A DNA stretch of 64,000 nt, taken from contig OX597830.1 of NCBI GenBank assembly GCA_951406725.2, positions 66,898,001-66,962,000 on the forward strand. The letters are read 5' to 3'. A program made the position numbers and the translations under genes. Under the pieces are notes generated by a model. It saw only the letters and a list, made by a program, of their open reading frames with translations, was not told the origin of the DNA and did no database searches. Below are positions 1-12,971 of the stretch, in pieces. Within the stretch, counting starts at the first letter, position 1. Every line of letters starts with the position of its first letter. The stretch is from Octopus vulgaris (Eukaryota).

Positions 1-590
1 GATGGGCTTCTTTCAATTTCTGTCTACCAAATCCACTCACAAGGCTTTGGTCAACCAAAGTAGAAGACACTATAGTAGAAGACACTTGCCCAAGGTTCCA
101 CGCAGTGGGACTGAACTCGGAAGCTACTTACCACACAGCCACTCCTATGCCTACATTTATCTTTTTTACCTTTTAGCATTTAAACAGGTCACATCCAGCC
201 CAAATATTGTACCTGTTTTACGTTCAACCAAGCCGAACCTGGCCTCTCACATTTATGCTACAATGTCATTCTAGAAAGAAGCAATCACATCATTAAAAGT
301 CTCAAAGCTACAAGATAATGCATGATTAATTCAAAACAATAGGCATTTCATTTGAGAGAGTAAGCTGAATGCTAATGGGTTGATCTATATTTACTTGTGT
401 GAAGCCTCTTAACCTTTCCAATACACACACACACAGGGATACAAATATATATATATATATATATTCTGAAATATAACAATATCTGATTCAACATGATTTC
501 ACATCAAGAATCTTTCAAAACAGACACACACACACATACATACATGTTGAGTGCCTCTTTCTTTCGTTTATCCACTCACCCGTGTATGTT

Positions 591-622
<32 letters not shown>

Positions 623-948
623 GTGTCGGTGGCACGTAAAAAGCACCATCCGAATCGTGGCCGAAGCCAGTGCCACCTCGACTGGCTTCCATGCAGGTGG
701 CACGTAAAATGCACCAATCCGACCGTGGCCGATGCTGGCCTCGCCTGGCACCAGTGCAGGTGGCACGTAAAAAGCACCCACTACACTCACGGAGTGGTTG
801 GCGTTAGGAAGTGCATCCAGCTGTAGAAACATTGCCAGATAAGACCGGAGCCTGGTGCAGCCTTCTGGCTTCCCAGATCCCCGGTTGAACCGTCCAACCC
901 ATGCTAGCATGGAGAACGGACGTTAAACAATGATGATGATGATGATGA
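623..948 (+). mobile_element. Family B: RTE 3'UTR fragment or RTE-tailed SINE ending in (GAT)n
   Basis: Matches copies at ~8300-8520+, 11101-11296+, 22970-23167+, 28724-28909+, 29611-29908+, 33948-34142-, 36720-36870-, 40313-40628-, 44307-44572+ and 59425-59570+. Confidence 0.8.
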
Positions 949-1460
949 TATATATATTTATATATATATTAATGAATATACACACATGCACACAAACACA
1001 TAAATGCATACATTAATGTTTGTTTTTATGTGTAGCTAAATATATAAAAGAGTCAAACAGTAATTGAAGGATCACTCCATAGATTTTAAGTAGAGTATTA
1101 CATTTATTTCCACAAAGAAAAGGTTGACAGTGACTTTCAACTTTTGCTGGTCATTGGCTTTGTCTGAATGTCGGACAAAGTCAATGACCGTCAAAAACCT
1201 TTCTGCAACTGTGTGTGTGTGTGTGCGTTTGTGTTAGTGTGTGTATGTTTCCCAGTCACATGGCTCTGGGTTCAGTCTCATTGCATGTCACCCTTGGCAC
1301 ATGTCTTCTACTATAGCCCCAAGTCAACCAAATCTTTGAGTGGGATTTGGTAGACAGAGTCTAAAAGAAGCTCACTGTGCATATATCATATGTCTGTGTA
1401 TATACATACATACATACATACGTACATACATACATATATACATATCTATTAATCTATCTC

Positions 1461-1664
<204 letters not shown>

Positions 1665-2065
1665 CATGGGCATGACTGTGTGGTTAGGGAGCTTGCTTCC
1701 TAGCTACATGGTTTCAGGTTCAGTCCCACTGTGTGGCACTTTGGGTAGGTGTCTTCCACTATAGCCCCGAGCCGACCGGAGCTTTGTGATTGAATTTGGT
1801 AGGTGGAAGTTACTGCCGTGTGTGTATGTGTGCGTATAGCTGCTCAGTGCCTCTCCGAAAGAGAGAGAGGAATATATATATATATATATATATATACATA
1901 CAAAATATAGAGGAATGATCTCTAAAGTGGTCACCCTTTATGCTAAACATAGACGTCAAATCGCCATTACTAGGAAGAATGTGTTCTCAAAAAAAATCTC
2001 AGCAAAAAACCAAAATGTAAAAATAAGCAAGACAAATGAAAATATATGAAATAAAAAACTATTAC

Positions 2066-2139
2066 CTATGTACCTTTGGTTTCACTTGTTAATATTTACA
2101 TATATGAACATGCAAATATCTGCAAGATCATCAGCATAG
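2066..2139 (-). ncRNA. Type I hammerhead ribozyme motif, intact core (PLE-associated)
   Basis: Minus strand: ctatg CUGAUGA [44-nt stem II] GAAA cc-aaa-gg UA catag. Stem I ctatg/catag; cleavage triplet GUA. Confidence 0.75.
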
Positions 2140-3302
2140 TCTGTCGTTTACAAAACATAATTTCCAAGACACTTTATTTCACATTGCTACAAAATTAGTT
2201 GAACAAATTGACCCCAGGACTTATTCTTTGTAAGCTGAGTACTTACTTAATCAGTTCTTTTGCCGAACCGCTAGGTTACAGGGACGTAAACACACCAGTG
2301 TCAAACAATGCTGGGGAGACTATATACAACAAGCTTTTTTTCATTTTATGTTTACGAAATCTACTCACAAGGCTTTGGTTGGCAAAAAGCTATAGTAGAA
2401 GATATTTGCCCAAGATGCCACGTTGTGGAACTGAACCTGGAACCATGTGGTTAGAAAGGAAGCTTCTTACCACACAGCCACTCCTGCACCTATATATATA
2501 TATATATAATATTAGGGAGTTGCCTAATAGTTGTTTTATCTCTAATTTAATTTATCTATATATATCAGCAGCATCAGGTATATAAAAAATATATATATAT
2601 ATCTTATATATCAGCAGCATCAGGTATATAGAATATATATATATATATATATATCTTAATGATGCTAAAACTCAAGAGATGTTTGTGTGTACCTGAAATA
2701 TCTCAGAAGTAGTATATTTTATCTTAATTTTTTTACATATTTATTTTCATACTTACCTTTGGCAGTGTAGTACAAATTTTTGTGATATTTGGATCTTTAT
2801 TTATTAATGAAAATGATTAAACACAAATTTTTGTTTGTTATTTCTTGATGAAATAAAACATGGCTTCTGTGATGTCAACACATACACATACAGAATACAC
2901 ACATATATAATGAATGTCATGGCTTTTCAATCAACACAAACACCCGTCTGCTATCTGTGACATATACACATACATAGTCTTCATACTCTCTAAGAGAAAA
3001 AATGTTGACTTTTTGATATATACAATATTTTAATCGTTTAGAAATATTTTTAACTGAATGTGATTTCAAAAATGTAAGTTGTTTGTACAGTAAGTATTTA
3101 TATTTTAGCTTTCTTTAATCAGACCATATTTTAATGTCTTTTTTTAATTATTTTCAAGTGAATGGTGATCTTTCGCTTTGACTCTCAGAACTGTCATCCA
3201 GAGATCGATAATTTCCATAAAAAGTTATATTTATTTGCTTTTGCTTTAAAGTGAAAGACATATGTATATGTATATGAAATGGACGTGCATGTGTGTGTGT
3301 GT

Positions 3303-3346
<44 letters not shown>

Positions 3347-3492
3347 AGAGAGAAAGGGTGAGGGAGAGTGAGGGAAGGGGTGTGTTGTCATGTATACATA
3401 CATACATCAATACATGTTCATCTTTTTTGTATGTACATGTGCATGAGAGAGAGAGAGTGAGTGAATGTGTGTGTTCTCATGTACGAGTAAGT

Positions 3493-3538
<46 letters not shown>

Positions 3539-4601
3539 TGTTCATTCCATATAGACATTCATATATCTTTCACTTTCTCTTCTCTTTCACTTTAAAACAA
3601 AAGTAAATAAATAAAAAAAATTTACATAAATTAATGAACAAAACCAGCTGATCCGGGCAACAGTTCTGAGAGTCAGAGTGAAAGATCGCCCCAAGGGAAT
3701 ACCATTACAAAATATTTGGTTGCTATTTCTAGCACACCCTGTTACCATGTAACAGCTATTTGTGATAAAGGACCTGAAATACCTGTTACATGGTAACAGG
3801 GTGTGCAAGAAATAGCAGCCAAATCTTTTCTTTTCTGGGGAAAGGAGCCGTTTACATGTGATTTTGATGTCACATTCATTGAAAGCATGTGAAATAACAT
3901 GGAAAAATAAAAAAAAAGCTCACAAAACAAAATTCCATTGCTGGGAAACTCAGACTTTCCAGGTGACTCAATGGATCACAGGTAGTCTAGTATATATATA
4001 TATATATATATATTCATTTATCTATCTATTTATCTGTCAATCTGCATCTCTCTCTTTGTTTCTCTCCTTCTCTCTCTCTCTCTTTATATATATATATGTA
4101 TATATATTATTTATAAATATATATATTTATAGACATACACACCTGCACTCACTCACATTCACACACTTTGTGTCACTTACATACACACATACACAATACG
4201 TATACACTCTGACTCATAGATATCCACACACACAAACATAATACACACACACACACATGCACACACACACACACACACATGCCACTTTTTTGTTCCCCCT
4301 TCTCCACATATATATACACATATATACATATTTCTCATCACACAGCTCACATCTGCTCAAATACATCTGCACACATTCACACAAGCACATACCCCACAAA
4401 GTTACATACCCTGACTCACCTTCATATTCACATACATACATACATACATACATACATACATACATACATACATACATACATACATACATACACACACGTA
4501 TACATACTCACACACATACATATACTCATGCACTCTCATGCACGTTTATAAATATGTTAATTTGTTATTGGAAAACTACAAACAATTATTTTTTTAAATA
4601 G

Positions 4602-4675
4602 TTAAAACAGACAACAAAAAACCAGCTATGATAAGAGAGACTGAAGCAGTGAACAAAAAACCCATCTGTGACCAG
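4602..4675 (+). other. Putative 5'UTR exon of the SYT14-like gene (contains a uORF)
   Basis: Acceptor ttttttaaatAG at 4600-4601 and donor CAG|GTGAGG at 4675/4676. A 71-nt intron leads to the strong acceptor at 4746. Unique, non-repeat sequence. Confidence 0.4.
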
Positions 4676-4779
4676 GTGAGGGCGAATGTTTGTAAATGTT
4701 GAATATATATATATAAATTCAGGTGTGTCTTTCTTTCTCTCTGTAGTAAATTCCCACCTTGAAAAAGGATTACAACACG

Positions 4780-4798
4780 ATGTCTACCATTAATTCAG
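4780..4798 (+). CDS. SYT14: Putative first coding exon (exon 4747-4798; ATG at 4780, MSTINS+G) of a synaptotagmin-14/16-like gene
   Basis: Acceptor ctttctttctctctgtAG at 4745-4746 and donor TCAG|GTAAGG. In-frame upstream TAA at 4747, A at -3. The phase-1 end matches the phase-1 start of exon 44594 (G+TA = Val). Confidence 0.5.
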
Positions 4799-5902
4799 GT
4801 AAGGTAAATTTTCATATATATTTTTAAACCTATTTTGTATAATGATCAAAAGAGGAAGCCCTCTATAGGATCACTGGTTCTGGTAGATACTAGATATAGC
4901 AGCTAAATATTTCCTGAGTAACATCCTACCAACAATCTCAACAAAAACAAAAAAAAAAATAACATGACATGTTTGACAATGTAGAGCTAGATATAATGTA
5001 ACAGAATAAATGAAGGGATGGTCACAATTGGATTGTAGCTGAAGATTATTTACCTACTCAATCATGCCTGACTTGGAGCTAAATAATAGTGATATCAACT
5101 TATTTTGTGATAAGGTAGCTCCTATTAATTTCAAATTTTGGTACAATGCCAGAAATTTCAGGGCAGGGGTTAAGTCGATTACATCAACCCCGGTGCCTAA
5201 CTGGTACTTATTTTATCGACCCTGAAAGAATGAAGGGCAAAATTAACCTTGGCAGAATTTGAACTCAGAACATAACAACAGACAAAATGCTGCTAAGCAT
5301 TTTACCTGGTTTGCTAATGATCCTGCCAGCTTGCTACCTGGAAGCTCTTTTTAACTACTAGAAATAGTAGCCAATCCTCCATGCTAAACTGTACCTTTGC
5401 AATTCTGTTTTCGTTTTTTGTTTTTTTGTTTTTAAAATAAATGAAGGACATACTAGATAACGTATTGTTAGATAGTATCTGAATAGCAAAAAAATGGGAA
5501 GGTCACAGCTGGATTTTTGTTGCTGTTGATTACTAGTCTGCTCAATCAAGGCTAACCTAGAACTAAATCACAACATTAAAAATAATCCTTCCTACTATAG
5601 GCACAAGGCCTGAAATTTGGGAATAGGAACCAGTCAATTAGATCACCCCCAGTACACAACTGGTACTTAATTTATTGACCTTGAAAGGATGAACGGCAAA
5701 GTCAACCTTGTCGGAATTTGAACTCAGAATGACAGGTGAAATACTGCTAAGCATTTCACCAGCAACACTAATGATCCTGCCAGCTTGCTACCTGGAAGCT
5801 CTTTTTAACTACTAGAAATAGTAGCCATTCCACCATACTAAACTGTACCTTTGCATTTCTGATTTTTGTTTTTTGTTATTGTTTGCTTTTAAAATAAATG
5901 AA

Positions 5903-6049
5903 GGCGCAGGAGTGGCTGTATGGTAAGGAGCTTGCTTACCAACCACATGGTTCTGGGTTCAGTCCCACTATGTGGTACCTTGGACAAGTGTCTTCTAATA
6001 GTAGCCTGGTGACGGAAACTGAAAGAATTTGCCCGTCGTATATAAATAA

Positions 6050-6081
<32 letters not shown>

Positions 6082-6270
6082 TATGTATATATATATATAT
6101 ATGTATGTATGTATGTCTGTATGTATGTATGTGTGTGTGTATATGTTTGTGTGTCTGTGTTTGTCCCCCCCAACATCGCTTGACAACTGATGCTGGTGTG
6201 TTTACATTCCTGTAACTTAGCCATTTGGCAAAAAGAGACTGATAGAATAAGTACTAGGTTTACAAAGAAT
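5903..6270 (+). mobile_element. Family A SINE, partial
   Basis: Matches the family-A consensus. Confidence 0.8.
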
Positions 6271-6458
6271 ATAAATAAAAAGGGGCTTGTATGATTGTGT
6301 ATAGAGGGATATATATTATTCCAACTCTGTCTGTTTTTTTATGTTTTATTTATATTCTTTATAATATTAATGTAGAATTTAGAATATATAGTATAAGTAA
6401 TATATATATATAGTAAAATGAAATGAAGTATTGATTGTCTTATTGAATAGATGAAATA

Positions 6459-6755
6459 TCTTTATATATAAAAGTGAAGTTGTGTGTCTGTCTCCTACGA
6501 TTTAGATTCCTAACTACTCCCACATTTTGCGGTGCAGTTTAACCAAAACTGGGTATCTTATAGTCATGATTCATATCGACCCCTTCTAGGTATTAGCGCG
6601 CGTCTACGATGAGTCTACAATTTTAAAAATAATTTACCATCATTTTTTCCATTTTAATGCATTTTTTGCTATTATATAAGGGAAGTAACTCTCTAAAAAT
6701 GCTTATATTAGTTATTTCCCTTACAAACCCAAGCAACGCCGGGCGATACTGCTAG
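6459..6755 (+). mobile_element. Non-autonomous Helitron (family F)
   Basis: 5' A|TCtttatatataaaag; 3' hairpin cccaagcaacgccggg followed by CTAG|T. Confidence 0.8.
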
Positions 6756-7113
6756 TATATATATAGTAAAATGAAATGAAGTATTCATTGTCTTTTTGAA
6801 TAGATGAAATATTGAATATAAAATATTAAGGGACTAGTATACTTTTTTGCATTAAAGCAGTCTTCAAGGTCCCCAGGTTGTGACAGGAATGTTTCAACTG
6901 TGGAACCACAGTTGAAACACTTGCACATGCACATACACACACACGCACGTGCATGTGTGCACACATTAAACAAGTTAGTCCGAGATATACAAAAAGATCA
7001 GACGGTCATGTGGGAACTTGTTTGATCATATATTTTCTCAATCAGGACTGGACTAGGACTAAAAACCATAGCAACAAAAATTCCTGTATCTGTGCTTTGA
7101 AAAAAAAACTCAC

Positions 7114-7545
7114 AGGAGTGGCTGTGTGGTAAGTAGCTTCCTTACCAACCACATGGTTCAGGGTTCAGTTCAACTTCACGGCACCTTAGGCAAGTGTCTT
7201 CTACTATAGCCTGGGGCTGACCAAAGCCTTGTGAGTGGATTTGGTAAACTGAAACTGAAAGAAACCCATCATATATATATAAATACATATATGTGTGTGT
7301 GTGTGTGTTTGTGTGTGTGTTTGTGTATTTGTGTCTGTATTTGTCCCCCCCCCCCAACATCGCTTGACAACTGATGCTGGTGTGTTTATGTCCCTGTAAC
7401 TTAGTGGTTTAGCAAAAGAGAATGATAACATAAGTACTAGGCTTACAAAGAATACGTCCTGGGGTCGATTTGTTCGACTAAAGGCGGTGCTCCAGCATGG
7501 CCACAGTCAAATGACTGAAACAAATAACAGAATGAAAGAATAAAA
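7114..7545 (+). mobile_element. Family A tRNA-derived SINE (~400 bp, internal TA/GT microsatellite)
   Basis: A-box tggctgtgtggtaag, B-box ggttcagt, CR1-like 3' hairpin. More than 25 full or partial copies in the window. Confidence 0.85.
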
Positions 7546-7861
7546 CAGTAGAATGGTAGAAATAACACGACCACAGGGTTGAATGTAATAATTGTGGATT
7601 CATCTTTGTTCTTCAACATCCTGAGTTCATATTACACCGATGTCAGTTTTGCTTTACATCTGTTGGGGCAGGTAAAATACATGTCCGCCAAATACTGAAG
7701 TTTTATTTAATCGATGTTATCATTCAGTTATATGTTAGGGACCACATGTAAAGTATTGGAAAACCTACTTTTTTCCGTCGAGGGCTTACATGCCCCATTA
7801 TTAGACTATTTTCCTTAGTCATTGCATGGTGATTGCTATAAGCTTTAAGCTTATAAAATAC

Positions 7862-7892
<31 letters not shown>

Positions 7893-7961
7893 TACACAGA
7901 CACATATTTTTATATATATATATATATATATACATAAACACACATTGTACTATATATATAC

Positions 7962-7994
<33 letters not shown>

Positions 7995-9260
7995 CACATA
8001 TGTATGTGTATATATATATATATATATATAAACATCAATTAATATAAACAGCTAGGTGCAATATAATACCATAAATGAAAAGTCTTATCATCACTAATTG
8101 TGACGATAAAATTATATATATGCGTGCGTATGTGTATATATATATATATATACACACACACATGTATATTAGGGTGGAGCGAAAATAGTACTTTTTATAC
8201 AGATTTTCAAAATGTTTTCAAGAATACATTTTTCATTGTGATATTCTTTAAAAGCAACTGCGTTAAAATCTGAAGTTCTTAAATTTACATCTTCAGACTC
8301 CAGTACCATTGCCAGTACCACCTGACTGGCCCTCATAAAAGCACCCACTGCACTCTCGGAGTGGTTGGCATTAGGAAGAGCATCAAGCTGTAGAAACATT
8401 GCCAGATCAGATTGGAGCCTGATGCAGCCATCTGGTTCGCCAGTCTTCAGTCAAATCGTCCAACCCATGCTAGCATGGAAAGCGGACGTTAAACGATGAT
8501 GATGATGACGATGATGATGAGGCTCCACAATACACCTGAAATATTGAATAATGAATGAAAAATCAATTTATAACATGTTTGCAATTCCTCAGTTTTATTT
8601 TTTACATCTATTGTTACGAATCAATTTTCTTTTGTGAAATCCTTTAGAAACGAGAGTGTTAAAATATCAAACTCTAAAATTTATGTCTTCAGGTTCCGCA
8701 ACACACTTAAAATTTGAAAATTATGTGAAATAGATAGACTTTTCAACTTTGCTTTCTTTATTATTTTTAATACTAGGTCACCGAATATGTGTTACATGAG
8801 GTCTAGACTAAACACATGTTGAAATAAAATTACGTGTAAACCAATTTTTGATTCTTGGCACATTATGTGTGATAAAAATAATTAACATTTTCAATTTATT
8901 CGAAATAATTCCATGTAACTAAATAATATGAATCGTTGTAGTGCATTCCTTTCTGTTCCAGTAATAAAGCCAATTAATTATTTTTGTAGACAAGAATTAG
9001 CATCTCACTCTCAAATAAAGAATGGAACAGTCAAAGATTTGTTGCTAATGACATAATGCTAATTGCTCGTTATGTTCAAAATAGCTAAAACTTTCTAATC
9101 AACCACTAAACATTCTGTTTAGATAATACTTAATCTATTCTGCCAATGATCATTTTTTAATTTGTCCGTTGATCCTGTAAAAAATCTTGTTCTTTCTGTG
9201 CTACTTTTTTGTGTCTACTACAACTGCAGTTTTTAAAGGTGTTGCACCTGCAACAGGAAA

Positions 9261-9601
9261 TCTATATATATATAAAAGTGAGGTTGTGTGGTGTCTGTCT
9301 CCTACGATTTAGATTCCTAACTACTCCCACATTTTGCGGTGCAGTTTAACCAAAAGCGGGTATCTTATAGTCGTGATTCATATCAAGCCCTTCTGGGTAT
9401 TAGCGTGCGTTTACAATAGGTCTACGATTTTAAAATAAATTTACCATCATTTTTTCCCATTTTAATGCATTTTTGGCATATATAAGAGAAGTAACTCTAA
9501 AAATGTATTATTAAATCTCAGAACGTAAAAAGCTACAGTAACACCCCCTTTGTGGTTAGCCATATTGAGATGGCTATTATACTTTACATCTCTAAAAATG
9601 C
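9261..9601 (+). mobile_element. Family F Helitron, 3'-truncated
   Basis: Same 5' TC end and body as 6459-6755; no CTAG end. Confidence 0.75.
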
Positions 9602-9679
9602 AGTTTTTAAAAGTGTTGCACCTGCAACAGGAAATGTCAAATAAATCTTTTGTTGCATTGTTTTTAAACACATTACACT

Positions 9680-10107
9680 TTACTCTTTTACTCTTTTACT
9701 ATTTTACTTGTTTCAGTCATTTGACTGTGGCCATGCTGTAGCACCGCCTTTAGTCGAGCAAATCGACCCCGGGACTTATTCTTTGTAAGCCTAGTACTTA
9801 TTCTATCAGTCTCTTTTGCTGAACCGCTAAGTGACGGGGACGTAAACACACCAGCATCGGTTGTCAAGCAATGCTAGGGAGACAAACACAGACACACAAA
9901 CACACACACACATGCGTACATATATATATATATATACATATATACGATAGGCTTCTTTCAGTTTCCGTCTACCAAATCCACTCACAAGGCATTGGTCGGC
10001 CCGGGGCTATAGTAGAAGACACTTGCCCAAGGTGCTATGCAGTGGGACTGAATCCAGAACCATGTGGTTGGTTAGCAAGCTACTTATCACACAGCCACTC
10101 CTGCGCC
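9680..10107 (-). mobile_element. Family A SINE, full length
   Basis: Matches the family-A consensus. Confidence 0.85.
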
Positions 10108-10426
10108 ACTTTGATTGAAACGATAGCACATTTTTTCTTATTTTTCACAGATTTTAGTAATGCTTGGTACTTTAGATAAAAGCTTAAGATTTTTGGTTTA
10201 ACTGATTCAATCGTAATACAAGAGATGGATGCCTTTGTCCAGTGCTATGATGCCATTCCTTCTGCCTGCACTAACATTTTCAAACACATGGGGCTCAGTT
10301 CTCTAACCCTAACCATGATGGTTTGGCTACCCCACGCATCTCTCTCCATGACACATGCGTCTCTGTAGCTTTCACCCCTCCTACACCACACCCTCACTCT
10401 GCTGTTTGAGGTGGAAAGGCAGTACC

Positions 10427-10627
10427 TATTTCTTTACTACCCACAAGGGGCTGGATTAAGTCAATTACATCGACCCCAATGCGTAACTGGTACTTAATTT
10501 ATCGACCCCAAGAAGGATGAAAGGCAAAGTCGACCTCGGTGGAATTTGAACTCAGAATGTAACGGCAGACGAAATACGGCTACGCATTTCACCCGGCGTG
10601 CTAACGTTTCTGCCAGCTCGCCACCTT
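10427..10627 (-). mobile_element. Family C tRNA-derived SINE with 12-bp TSD
   Basis: TSD aaaggcagtacc at 10415-10426 and 10628-10639; head ggcgagctggcagaaacgttagc..gagttcaaattcc. Confidence 0.85.
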
Positions 10628-10916
10628 AAAGGCAGTACCGGGTTTCATGCCTGATGTGTCCAAATTACGAATGCCAGGAATGCAGTCCAAGTTGATTTTT
10701 ATACCCATAACGTCCATGAGATGCACATGCATTTCGGTTTTCATGATAATTGTTGGCAACTGCCACCTACGGCATTCAATGCAGCTTCATTTTGGCGTCT
10801 TGTTTCGGGGAAAGTTGAAAGGTTACCTGCAATTTGGGTCTCAACTATAATCCAGCATGTCTTGGAATATTTACACTTACATCCTTAAAATAAATTTCCA
10901 GAATTTACCATATACC

Positions 10917-11545
10917 AGGTACAGGAGTGGTTGTGTGGTAAGTAGCTTGCTTACCAACCACATGGTTCTGGGTTCAGTCCCACTGCATGGCACCTTGGGC
11001 AAGTATCTTCTATTATAGCCTTGGGCCGACCAAAGCCTTGTGAGTGGATTTGGTAGACAGAAACTGAAAGAAGCTCATCGTATAATTACATATATATATA
11101 TGGCACCTGTGCAGGTGGCACGTAAAAAGCACCCACTACATTCACGGAGTGGTTGGCATTAGGAAGGGCATCCAGCCGTAGAAACACTGCCAAATCTGAC
11201 TGGGCCTGATGAAGCCTTCCGGCTTCACAGACCCCAGTTAAACCGTCCAACCCATGCTAGCATGGAAAATGGACGCTAAATGATGATGATGATGATATAT
11301 ATATACATATGTGTGTGTGTGTATGTATATGTTTGTGTGTCTGTGTTTGTCCCCCCAACATTGCCTGACAACCAATGCTGGTGTGTTTACATCCCCATCA
11401 CTTAGTGGTCCGGCAAGAGAGACCCATAGAATAAGTACTAGGCTTGCAAAGAATAAGTCCTGGGGTTGATTTCCTCGACTAAAGGCAGTGCTCCAGCTTG
11501 GCCACAGTCAAATGACTGAAACAAATAAAAGAATAAAAGAATATA
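10917..11545 (+). mobile_element. Family A SINE with a family-B element nested in its TA tract (11101-11296)
   Basis: Head and tail halves flank the family-B copy. Confidence 0.8.
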
Positions 11546-12361
11546 AAAATGACATTTGAAAAAATTGCATTTCTTTTTGCGGTTCAGTGCACATAAATAT
11601 ATATCTATAACTGCGTATTATATATGCATATACTTGTGTGTATTACTGTGTGTCTTTGTTTTGCTTTTTATCAGCCTGGGGATATAGCAGGCAATTCTTG
11701 CCCAAGGTAACACACAGGGAGACTGAATCCTAAACCATGTGGTTTGGAAACTAATTTCTTAACCACACAGCTACATCAGTGCTTCCATAAATGATAAAAA
11801 TCTGTCTTCTTTCATTTATTTATATAAACTAACTTCAGACAAGCTACAGTGATTTACTTTCTTGTTGTTATTGTTGTTGTTGTTGTTGTTTAGGCCCCTC
11901 TCTAGGTCAGCCTTGATCCAGTAGATCTATGATGATCAATGATATTCCAGCCATGACCACAACATCCTTTATTCAAGCTTCTAAGACTCCACTGTCATTT
12001 TAAGAGACCAGATCAGTGGTTTGCAGTCCTTTTGATTTTGTTGTGCACCAGAGATCAAATAACAAATCACTAACATACTTCACATAGAAATTAAAAATAA
12101 ATAAATAAATAAACTATGCCAAAAATTTAGAGGAAATATAGAAAATTATTGCTTATCTTGTTGTATCACCCAACCCTGGTTGTGCGGTTGTTGAGTTTGC
12201 TTTTCAATCTTGCGGGTCCAAATCTTATGGTTCCAACTTTGGTCTCATAGTATATAGCATCTTGAGCAAGTGTCTTCAATTGTAATCTCAGGCCGCCCAA
12301 TGCTTTGAAAGTGGGACTGGTAGACTGCATGCTAAGAAGCTCATCATACAGATATGTACCT

Positions 12362-12407
<46 letters not shown>

Positions 12408-12536
12408 GTTTATGTTTTCCAGTTTCAGCTCTTGAGCTGTGGCCATGCTGGGGCACTGCCATGTATATACTTTTTTTAATTAAAACTGCAGAAACATCAC
12501 AAAAAACTGTGACTCAGATTTGTGACTCTTGATTAC

Positions 12537-12572
12537 AACTGTCTGACTAATATGAAACTCTGAGTCACAGTT
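12537..12572 (+). ncRNA. Degenerate hammerhead ribozyme motif (stem II deleted, G8 mutated)
   Basis: aactgt CUGACUA atat GAAA ctc-t-gag UC acagtt. Perfect stem I, GUC triplet. Confidence 0.55.
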
Positions 12573-12971
12573 TTTGTAGCTTTAATAAAAAAAAGCATAT
12601 TACTCTATCTTCGGTATTCTAGTACTATTTTTTCTACCTTATTTTGCATTCATGAGCTTACAAGTGTACACACACACATACACACACACATATATGTACT
12701 CTTTATTTGTGGATTAATAAGGTAACCAGTGGTTTCATGCAAAAGGATTCTCACAATTATCCAAAGCAATCCACATGGGAATGTCAGTACTTGTCTCCAT
12801 AATGGATGGGAATACAGGTATCAGCATTTCTAAGTGGAGTGCTTGAAAAACTGTGGGGACCTTTCCACATGAAACCATTGGTTGTTTTATTAATCTACAA
12901 ATGAAGAATACTCACCCCCATTATGATGTTGGACACTCATTCTCACTGCTTGATACTAGCATATATATATA

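Noticed and set aside
8170-9220. Possible old DNA-transposon/MITE sequence
   Set aside because: Could not identify matching TIRs or coding motifs by eye.
11205-11230. CTGATGA followed by a hairpin
   Set aside because: A variant of family B sequence; no GAAA or stem III.
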